The notes beneath the pieces are model-generated. The model was given only the letters and a program-made list of their open reading frames with translations. It did not search any database and had not been told where the DNA came from. Positions 45,122 through 52,346 of a stretch of DNA of 56,411 nucleotides are shown here, in pieces. Position numbers and translations under genes: made by a program. Source of the DNA: Coriobacteriales bacterium. Lineage in GTDB: Bacteria > Actinomycetota > Coriobacteriia > Coriobacteriales > RUG844. The first letter of the stretch is position 1; each line of letters opens with the position of its first letter. The stretch is taken from contig JAFRFV010000050.1 of assembly GCA_017434185.1 (NCBI GenBank), forward strand, positions 1 to 56,411, written 5' to 3'.

Positions 45122-45925
45122 TCAGATACCGGCGAAATCCGCGATGAGGGCGTTCACTTGTTCCGGGCGGTCGGTGTTCGAGTTGTGGCCAGCTCCCTCA
45201 ATCCACACGAGGGGCAAGCCCGCCCTCTTCGTCCATTCGCGGTTGTAGCGTTTGGTCGAACCAGCGGCGTCCTTATCCCCACAGATGAGCAGTGCCGGAC
45301 AATCGATATCATACGGAAGGTCCAAGTCGATGGCCTCCGCGAGGATGCGATAGCCATGACCCGCCAGCTCGCTGAATTCCGCGTGGTCGTAGATACCCCA
45401 CATGCTGTACATCAGCGCGCGGCCGTATTCCGTGGTGGAACAACCCTTCACGCCCGTGCGCATGAGAGACCCGTGCGGATACCAGCGGTATACAGGGGTC
45501 ATGCGCTTGAGCAGCCATATCTCGACCGCGGTCATGTACTCACGTTTCAGCGGTGCGGAGTCGATGCACACGAAGCCCGCGGCCTCGCCGGGGAAGTGCT
45601 GGATGAAGGCCTGACTCACGTAGCCGCCCATTGACTGTCCCACCAGGATGGGATGCTCGATGCCCTCCGCCGCCAGGATGTCGTGGAGCCAGCGCGCCTT
45701 GTCCGCAAGCGAGAAGTCGAGCTCGAAGGGGCGTGATGCCGCGTGGCCGGGTGCGTCCCATACGAGCACGTTGCAGAGCGGTTCGAAGTACTCGATCTGC
45801 TTCTGGAACAGACGATGATCCACCGAAAGTCCCGGCAGGAATACGAGGGTCTTCGCGCCGGGTACGGGGTCTCCCACCCAGTAGTGGATGGTGCCTTTGG
45901 GGGTTTCGTAACATCTCTCGTTCAT
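45122..45925 (-). CDS. Alpha/beta-fold hydrolase
   Basis: LVFLPG oxyanion region, nucleophile elbow GQSMGG, catalytic GDKD and C-terminal GAGHNSN. Confidence 0.9.
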   Translation of the reverse strand: MNERCYETPKGTIHYWVGDPVPGAKTLVFLPGLSVDHRLFQKQIEYFEPLCNVLVWDAPGHAASRPFELDFSLADKARWLHDILAAEGIEHPILVGQSMGGYVSQAFIQHFPGEAAGFVCIDSAPLKREYMTAVEIWLLKRMTPVYRWYPHGSLMRTGVKGCSTTEYGRALMYSMWGIYDHAEFSELAGHGYRILAEAIDLDLPYDIDCPALLICGDKDAAGSTKRYNREWTKRAGLPLVWIEGAGHNSNTDRPEQVNALIADFAGI

Positions 45926-46539
45926 GATGCGCCTCCCTTCGAATACACGCGCTGCCAGTGATCGATGATCCTCTCGAAATCAGCCTCGATCACATCGGGA
46001 TCGATGGCCTCGGCCAGGTTCTTCTGGAACATGTATCCATCGGACAGGAGCACGAACTGACGGTACAGCTCGTCGATGCTCACGTCGTCACGCAACGACG
46101 ACGTGTCGACAAGGCGCGAGACCAGCTCCTCTCCCCTGTTGGCGTATGCATCGACGGCGCGATGGATGGCATCGCGCACAATGGGGTCCTGCTCGTAGTA
46201 GGCGCGGATGGCGAAACCGAAGGAGTACGGATGCTCGCGCATGACGGCACATTTGGCGTGGGTGGTGCGACGTAGCATCTCGAAGAAATCGTTGGTCGCA
46301 AGAACGCCGTGATCCTGGGTGGCGCGTGCGGTCTGCTGTGCCGCGACGTCCCACAGGTACAGGTAGAGCTCCCGCTTGTTCTTGAAGTAATGGAACAGCA
46401 GGGATTTGGAGATAAGCGCCTCGTCCGCAATCAACTGCATGGACGCGTGCTTGTAGTCGCTCCTGGAGAACACTTTGAACGCTGCGTTCAGTATGTCTCG
46501 CTGGCGCGCAGGCGGCAGCGCGAAGAACCTCTCGTTCAC
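45922..46539 (-). CDS. TetR/AcrR-family transcriptional regulator
   Basis: HTH AFKVFSRSDYKHASMQLIADEALISKSLLFHYFKNK. GTG 46539 follows GGAGGGG. Confidence 0.92.
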   Translation of the reverse strand: MNERFFALPPARQRDILNAAFKVFSRSDYKHASMQLIADEALISKSLLFHYFKNKRELYLYLWDVAAQQTARATQDHGVLATNDFFEMLRRTTHAKCAVMREHPYSFGFAIRAYYEQDPIVRDAIHRAVDAYANRGEELVSRLVDTSSLRDDVSIDELYRQFVLLSDGYMFQKNLAEAIDPDVIEADFERIIDHWQRVYSKGGAS

Positions 46540-46560
46540 CGGACCCCTCCCCTTGGTGGC

Positions 46561-46603
46561 CATTGACCGAAGCGGTCAATGACCATGCTATCGCCATTGA
46601 CCG
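46561..46603. promoter_or_regulatory. Probable TetR operator: palindrome CATTGACCG-AAG-CGGTCAATG plus an extra half-site
   Basis: A perfect 9-bp inverted repeat at 46561-46581 and a third CATTGACCG at 46595-46603, just upstream of tetR. Confidence 0.72.
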
Positions 46604-46648
46604 TTCGTGGGAAGGGGTCTGTGGCTCCGGGTCGAAGCGCTGCGATGA

Positions 46649-47419
46649 TCAGACGCGGGTCTGGTCGTTGGCTTCGATGATGCGCTTGAGCGGGATGTGC
46701 TCGTTGCGGAAACGAGCCTCGCTGCGCTCGCCGGGGATGTGAAGCGCTCCCTGAGGGCACGCATGCAGGCAGGCGTAGCAGACCTCGCATCTGTCGGCGA
46801 AGGAAACCCCATCCCCCACCGTGATGTTGTTGGCGGGGCAGACCCGGGCGCAAATACCGCAGCGTGTGCATGCATCGCTGACGATATATCCCTGAGCGGT
46901 GTCCTTGCGTAGGATCCTTTCCGCAAGCATCTTCTGCCACATGAGCATCTTCGCTTTGGTGCCCACCTTCATCTCGACCTTGCGCTCACGTCTGGCGGCG
47001 ATATCCGCGCAGACGCGTTCGAGCTGTCCGTCCACATCCTTCCGCGCGAGTGATTCCCTCTGCTGACCCATCTCGAAACCGGGCAGGTAGTTGTCCACCA
47101 TCTGCACCGTGTTGGCATAAGCCAAATCGAGACCCACTTCGCGCGCGACGGATTCGGCATGTGCGAGAGCCTCGGCGTACCCCTCACCGTAGGTGTAGAT
47201 GAAGAAGAAATAATCCGTGTCGATCCTGGCCCTTTGCATGAACTCGCGCACCATCATGGGCATCTCGACGGCATAAACGGGACAGACGATCCCCACCGCC
47301 TCGTCCTCGATCACGATTTCATCCTGTCTCATGAGTTGAGGGATACTGAGCAGTTCGCCTCCGATGCGCTCAGCGACATACAGGCAGTTACCCGTGGCGG
47401 TGAAGTAGCAGGTCTTCAT
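46649..47419 (-). CDS. EFR1-family flavodoxin-ferredoxin fusion protein
   Basis: YFTATGNC flavodoxin loop, CPVY, and two clusters CTRCGICARVCP and CEVCYACLHACP. Confidence 0.88.
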   Translation of the reverse strand: MKTCYFTATGNCLYVAERIGGELLSIPQLMRQDEIVIEDEAVGIVCPVYAVEMPMMVREFMQRARIDTDYFFFIYTYGEGYAEALAHAESVAREVGLDLAYANTVQMVDNYLPGFEMGQQRESLARKDVDGQLERVCADIAARRERKVEMKVGTKAKMLMWQKMLAERILRKDTAQGYIVSDACTRCGICARVCPANNITVGDGVSFADRCEVCYACLHACPQGALHIPGERSEARFRNEHIPLKRIIEANDQTRV

Positions 47420-47441
47420 GTGTCCCCCGTTCATGCAGCAT

Positions 47442-47474
47442 GGAACAACCCCATCCACGTGATGGGGTTGTTCC
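47442..47474. other. 14-bp perfect inverted repeat between the flavodoxin and EFR1 genes
   Basis: GGAACAACCCCATC-CACGT-GATGGGGTTGTTCC. Confidence 0.6.
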
Positions 47475-47492
47475 GGATTGTATCATGACCCG

Positions 47493-48206
47493 CTACAGAG
47501 CCAAAGAGTCGAGCCAGTTGGCGATGTCTGAATCGGATGCGCCTGCGGCGAAGCGCTTCGCACCGATCCAATCAGCACCGGGCAGCATCCCTTCGAGTTC
47601 AGCAGCGGCTCCCTCCACCCCACTCGAGCCCGACGTGCAGAACTCAGCGACCTTCTTGCCCGCGAAGTCGACGCTCTCGATCAGCGTGCAGATGAGACGC
47701 GGGGCCTTGCCCCACCAGATGGGATGGCCTATCAGAACGACATCATACGCGGACAGATCGGGAGCGTTTGCGATAGCTGGGCGAGCCGACGGATCGTTAT
47801 GTTCCACTGTGGCACGGGTGCTGCTGTCGCCATAATCCAGATCCTTGGAGCTGTAGGGCACAGCTGCCTCGACCTCGAAATAATCCGCTTTCAGTTGCGC
47901 CGCTGCGGTTTGCGCCACAGCGCGCGTGTTACCGGTTGCCGAGAAACAAGCCACCAGGATCTTCCCTCCACTGGAGTTTGCCTGTGGTGCTGTCTGCGCG
48001 CTGGGGGCCCCTACGGAAGCTTCCGGTGCAGAAGATGGGTTGTCGGCTGCGCTTGCGGTGCTGGTAGGCTCGGGCTTCGAACCCAAGGACTCGTTCGGGG
48101 CGGGGCTCTGCTCCGCATTGCCCGAACAGCCCGAAAGGGCCAGCGCGCTGAGCGCTGCTGCCGAAACGAACACGAATTGCCTTCTGGTGAGCATCCCCTG
48201 CATCAT
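47493..48206 (-). CDS. Tat-signal flavodoxin lipoprotein
   Basis: TRRQFV, lipobox LSG-C, Pro/Ser/Ala linker, then FSATGNT, GHPIWWG and FCTSGSSG. Confidence 0.88.
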   Translation of the reverse strand: MMQGMLTRRQFVFVSAAALSALALSGCSGNAEQSPAPNESLGSKPEPTSTASAADNPSSAPEASVGAPSAQTAPQANSSGGKILVACFSATGNTRAVAQTAAAQLKADYFEVEAAVPYSSKDLDYGDSSTRATVEHNDPSARPAIANAPDLSAYDVVLIGHPIWWGKAPRLICTLIESVDFAGKKVAEFCTSGSSGVEGAAAELEGMLPGADWIGAKRFAAGASDSDIANWLDSLAL

Positions 48207-48287
48207 GATGCTTCCTCCTCGGTTGTCTCTTCATACGTGCTGTGTATAGTTTAGTCGGAAGAGACGCTCCTGTCTGCGCGTCAGCGC

Positions 48288-49007
48288 TCACTCTGTCTTG
48301 CGCAGCACCGCCTTGATCGTGTTCAGGTATTCGAGTGCACCCGCTTCGATGGCGGCGCGGTCCCCTCGCGCGTACTCGTTGTCACATTCAATCCAGTCCG
48401 CCCATGCCTCGCGCGTGCAGTCCATCTCACACATCTAGACGATCTTCACGCCCTCCGTTTGCTCGAAGATGGCCCGCCACCAGTCCATGTCATGCATGTA
48501 GTCGAGCAGTTCGGGAGTCCACGATGCGAGCAGGCATGCAGGCAGGTCATCGTGGCAATCGCGCACCATGCCGGGAATTGCGAGCAGGATGAGTCCGCCG
48601 CTCTTCACGAGTGGCAACAGGCATGTGCCCAGGTATTCGGGGTCGCGTCCGAAGTAGTTGTACGAATCGACACTCACCACGGCATCGAAGAAACCGTGTG
48701 CGAAGGGCAGCGCGGTGGCATCCGCCTTCATGGGGATGACCTCGCGATTCGTGAGCCCGAGTGATTCCAGGAACCTCATGTTCTGCGAAGGGTCGCTCCA
48801 AAGATCGGCAGCGTAGGTGATAAGCCCGTACTCACGTGCGAGCATGGCGGAGCTGATGCCACAACCACTGTCCAGATCGAGCACGACCGAACCTGCGGGC
48901 ACGGCCGCTTCATCCATCAGTTCTTCGCAGAGCTTGAGCGTGTTGGGCCCCATGATCTTGGAGCGCACGACCGTGGTATCGAAATGATTCGTCTCGGGGA
49001 ATCCCAT
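48288..49007 (-). pseudogene. Class I SAM-dependent methyltransferase interrupted by an in-frame TAG (48435-48437)
   Basis: Motif I VLDLDSGCG and VVSVDSYNYF. After TAG the same frame continues for 48 aa (MCEMDCTREAWADWIECDNEYARGD...KAVLRKTE) to TGA 48288. Confidence 0.7.
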
Positions 49008-49239
49008 TTCCTTATCCTCTCTATCGTAGCTTGATTTGAGTCACACGACCAAGCAAGCACCGTGCGGTGCATCTTCGTGTGTTCTTCGATTGCCTGACAG
49101 CCTGGCTGTCAGTCGCTACAGAGCAAGGACCAAAAAGACATCCCCTTGAAGGTCTCCTGCGGGGAACCATCTCCCCGAATGACGGCATCATATCACGTTC
49201 GGCGCAGTTCGAGAGCGCTCCCGTGTTATGATTGTGCCA

Positions 49240-49350
49240 TCGGAGATGAAAACACGACCCCGTTGGGTAGTCGGGGTGCGCCGGCCGGCGTCAGTAACCT
49301 GCCTCCTTGGTTGTCCCTTCTCCGCGTGGTGACTTACATAAAGGAGGGCA
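49240..49350 (+). ncRNA. yjdF-class riboswitch (azaaromatic-sensing motif)
   Basis: Contains GAAAACAC, GTTGGGTAG and GTCAGTAACCTGCC segments that I recognise as yjdF-motif hallmarks. It lies between an extended -10 (TGTTATGAT, 49224-49232) and a yjdF gene. Boundaries are approximate. Confidence 0.7.
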
Positions 49351-49355
49351 TCGCC

Positions 49356-49781
49356 ATGCGGAAGATCAGGGTATCCTCCACCCTGACCATCTATCATGAT
49401 GGTCGATTCTGGGTGGGGACGTTCGAACGCATCGAGGACGGACGGCTGTCGGTATGTCGCATCGTGTTCGGCTCGGAGCCGTCGAACGAGGAGATCCAGG
49501 AACTCATATGCAGAAGATGGAGCGGCTTGCACTTCACCCTGCCGGTGGAGCACGAGGCGGTTCCCGAGTTGGTGTCGAACCCCAAACGACGCCATCGTGA
49601 GATATCGAAAGAGCTCAGGAACCGCGGGCCCTCCACCAAGGCACAGCTGGCGCTTTCCGAAGAGCGGGAGGCCGCCGCACTGCAGCGCAAGGCCGCTGCG
49701 CGCGAGTGTCGCGAGGCCGACGAACGAGAGCGATTCGAACTACGCCGCGAGAAGCACAAGCTGAAACATCGGGGGAAATAG
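49356..49781 (+). CDS. yjdF: YjdF-family (DUF2992) protein
   Basis: LTIYHDGRFWVG, VFGSEPS, NPKRRHRE, STKAQLAL and the C-terminal KHKLKHRGK. AAGGAGG RBS. Confidence 0.88.
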   Translation: MRKIRVSSTLTIYHDGRFWVGTFERIEDGRLSVCRIVFGSEPSNEEIQELICRRWSGLHFTLPVEHEAVPELVSNPKRRHREISKELRNRGPSTKAQLALSEEREAAALQRKAAARECREADERERFELRREKHKLKHRGK

Positions 49782-49906
49782 GCTTCGAACGGAGCAGTGA
49801 CAAAGAGCGGGCGCACTATCGTTGGAGGACCAAGTGCGGTAGTATGCAGACAAGAAGCGTGGCGCGGTCGTATGATCGAGCGCTGGAGTGAGAACCGGGA
49901 GGCACC

Positions 49907-50089
49907 ATGGAGATAAGTGAAAGCGGCTTTTTCATTCTCGAAGAGGATGAGCTGGAGCCATGGGAGTGCGAGGGTCTTCTCCTGTGCGATCCGGACGAAG
50001 ACGAAGACGAAGCCCCTGCTCCCCGCAGGATGGAAGAACCGGATCCGTGGGCGATGTACACGTTCTGTGAGGAGAGCGATTTCCTCTAG
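49907..50089 (+). CDS. 60-aa highly acidic hypothetical protein
   Basis: GGAGG RBS 4 nt before the ATG and TATGAT at 49871-49876. No family recognised. Confidence 0.45.
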   Translation: MEISESGFFILEEDELEPWECEGLLLCDPDEDEDEAPAPRRMEEPDPWAMYTFCEESDFL

Positions 50090-50146
50090 AACGGCTGACC
50101 CTTTTGGCGAGCGCGAACGAGCGTGCTCTCAGCTGAGGCGAGTCGC

Positions 50147-51271
50147 TCAGTTCTCGGGAGGGAAGACGAGGCCCATCGGCGTCTTCTTGGTGCTGAAGGC
50201 GTAGTCCGGCACCTTGCGCGCTTCGGTCCAATCGTCCGGGGCATCCGGCGCGACCCTCTGGTGAACCGTCTTGTAGCCCACCTGCTTCCTCTCCCTCACC
50301 TGCGCCTTCGCACCGTTGATGGCCTGTGCGAGCTGACCCCGCACGGGGTAGATGAGCTCCGGCTGATTCATCGCCAGGGATATGAGCTTCTGTGCCGACT
50401 CCTTCCAGCGCACGCATGTCCTCTCATGCCTGGCACGCGCGTCGCGCAGCGGGTCCGGCTTGCCTTCAAGGCCGCTCAGGTCGCAGCGGAGTCTATCGGT
50501 ATGCACCACCTGATAGACGTCGTACGCATAGGGGCGCAGGGCTTCGATGCACAGACAGCAGCCGAGGACTTCACGCGCTCGGGTGAAGTGGAGTTCGCCG
50601 TCCTTATCCGCCTGCTTCTTGTATCTATTGATGTAGTTGCGTTGGCCCTTGGGGTCTTTGGGCAACGCGGTTTCCAATTCGCGCATGACCGGGGAGTGCC
50701 ATCCAATCACGGTCTCGAAAGACGCCTTGGCGGAGTTGTTGGAGTTCATCGCATAGTTCCAGCCGGCCACGCACTGCTCGATAAGCGCCGAGGCCTTCGC
50801 CTTGTCCCCGTATGCCTTGTAGGCCGCGCGTCCCACCGATTCCAATATGCGCTCGTATCCGTCGATGTCACGGAAGAACTTCCCGTCGCGCTTCCGGTGG
50901 TCGACTATCGCGCACGTGATGTTGATGAGTTTCTCGAGATTGGGCTTCTCGACCTTGCCCAGCAGGGGCACGAGCAGCCTGGCGTTGTACGCGTTCGCGA
51001 AGCACTCGGCGACCGACATGAGCAGGTCGTCGCGGCCGGACAGACGATCGAGCAGTTGGCATGCGACATCGCAATCGCTGGCCTTGGCAATCTCCGCCAA
51101 CGTGTCCTTGCTGCTGATCCTGTCGCATGCCGCCAAGCGGATCTTGGCGAAGTGCGCGCTCGTCGCGATGGTCTCGAGCTTGGCGGGATCGGCCTCCTTC
51201 TGCACTGCCGCGATGGCCTTGGGGATCTTCTCCTCCTTGTCGGTCTTCCAGATCGGGTCGAACAGTCCCAT
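50147..51271 (-). CDS. Hypothetical protein with N-terminal HEAT-like helical repeats
   Basis: 374-aa ORF. The N-terminus has L..IA......IR.AA..RI repeats. Confidence 0.65.
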   Translation of the reverse strand: MGLFDPIWKTDKEEKIPKAIAAVQKEADPAKLETIATSAHFAKIRLAACDRISSKDTLAEIAKASDCDVACQLLDRLSGRDDLLMSVAECFANAYNARLLVPLLGKVEKPNLEKLINITCAIVDHRKRDGKFFRDIDGYERILESVGRAAYKAYGDKAKASALIEQCVAGWNYAMNSNNSAKASFETVIGWHSPVMRELETALPKDPKGQRNYINRYKKQADKDGELHFTRAREVLGCCLCIEALRPYAYDVYQVVHTDRLRCDLSGLEGKPDPLRDARARHERTCVRWKESAQKLISLAMNQPELIYPVRGQLAQAINGAKAQVRERKQVGYKTVHQRVAPDAPDDWTEARKVPDYAFSTKKTPMGLVFPPEN

Positions 51272-51306
51272 GGTGTCCCTCGATTCTCCTTCGCGTTTCC
51301 CGGCGA

Positions 51307-51897
51307 TCAGCCCTGTTCCTCGTCGCAGTAGGTGTTCCCTCGTCGACCAACGCTCTCACCACAACGTTTGCATTTCCAGCCGGAGCCGAAGTCCAATGTC
51401 GCGCCTCCACCGGGCGATACGCCAGCCTCGCCACTCACCAGGACCAGATCATGGTCCCAAGCTCTCTTGCCGCACACCTCGCAAACGATGATGCAGGGAT
51501 TGCTCGGGTCTCTGACCCAGGGTCCCTTGTGCCCGGCCTCGCGAGGTGACGGGCACTTCGAGCCGATGATGTTGCCCGTCGTGCTGCTGCGGATGGGAAC
51601 CGTGCCGAACAGGGACATCTCCCTTGTCTCCCCGCAAACAGCGCAGACGCACCCCCTCCACACGTGTGCCTCCTTCTCGAGGCCGCAGACCCTGCATTTG
51701 AGATGGCAGTCGTCGAGTTTCTCGAAGTCATGGGGAACGCTCTTGGCGCGCCCGCAGATCTCGCAGGTGAATCTGTCGAACTTCGCGCTCTCGCGTTTGC
51801 CGGCGGACCACTTGTGTCCTTCATCGCGGTGCTCCCCGCAGCGGGAACAGGTGCAACCATTCCATGAATGGCCGGCTATCCTACATACCAACGCCAT
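51307..51897 (-). CDS. Cys/His-rich protein with repeated H-x-W/F...CxxC zinc-ribbon-like units
   Basis: GHSWNGCTCSRCG, GHKW...CEICG, HDF...CRVCG, HVWRGCVCAVCG, CEVCG...HDL and CKRCG. Confidence 0.65.
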   Translation of the reverse strand: MALVCRIAGHSWNGCTCSRCGEHRDEGHKWSAGKRESAKFDRFTCEICGRAKSVPHDFEKLDDCHLKCRVCGLEKEAHVWRGCVCAVCGETREMSLFGTVPIRSSTTGNIIGSKCPSPREAGHKGPWVRDPSNPCIIVCEVCGKRAWDHDLVLVSGEAGVSPGGGATLDFGSGWKCKRCGESVGRRGNTYCDEEQG

Positions 51898-52002
51898 TAT
51901 CCCACCACGCTCCTCCCGATGGGTCCATCGCTCGTATGCCATTCCAATAGTGTACCTGAACAGCGTGGTCATCTTGTTCGACATGGTCCTTCAACGACCT
52001 GG

Positions 52003-52041
52003 AAAACAAACAGGCCAATCGCAAAATCAGCGATTGACCTG
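52003..52041 (-). terminator. Intrinsic terminator downstream of the tRNA 3' end
   Basis: Minus strand: CAGGTCAATCGC-TGATTTT-GCGATTGGCCTG followed by TTTGTTTT. Confidence 0.8.
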
Positions 52042-52049
52042 AGAATTCT

Positions 52050-52094
52050 TGGTCGCGGGGGCTGGATTTGAACCAACGACCTCCGGGTTATGAG
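52050..52094 (-). other. 45-bp 3' fragment of tRNA-Met(CAT), initiator-like; attachment site of an integrative element
   Basis: Minus strand CTCATAACCCGGAGGTCGTTGGTTCAAATCCAGCCCCCGCGACCA covers the anticodon loop to CCA. The 5' half is replaced by AT-rich non-tRNA sequence, and an integrase lies 250 bp away. Confidence 0.88.
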
Positions 52095-52346
52095 GTCGTG
52101 GTATTCCTGATAATCGATATCAATCCATCAAAATCGGTGTTTTGCATAACCGCAGGTAAATGGCATAGTTTTACACAGATTAACATCGATTGCCATCGCG
52201 TTCACCCCCAGTTCACACCCGTCTGGGGGTGAATCTGGGTGTGAATTATGCTATCATCGCCTCAAGGTCTTGGGAAGGAGGGAAACCTCCTTTAATAAGG
52301 TTTCCCTCCTTCCCAAGAAGCAGTGGGCGAGCAAGAGGAGAAGCAG

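Noticed and set aside
49150-49185. Fluoride riboswitch in the methyltransferase leader
   Set aside because: There is only a superficial GATGG..TTC likeness. The pseudoknot partner and the TGATG..CTAC end are not found.
52050-52125. Intact tRNA-Met gene
   Set aside because: Only the anticodon loop to CCA is present. The upstream sequence cannot form a D-arm or the acceptor-stem 5' strand.
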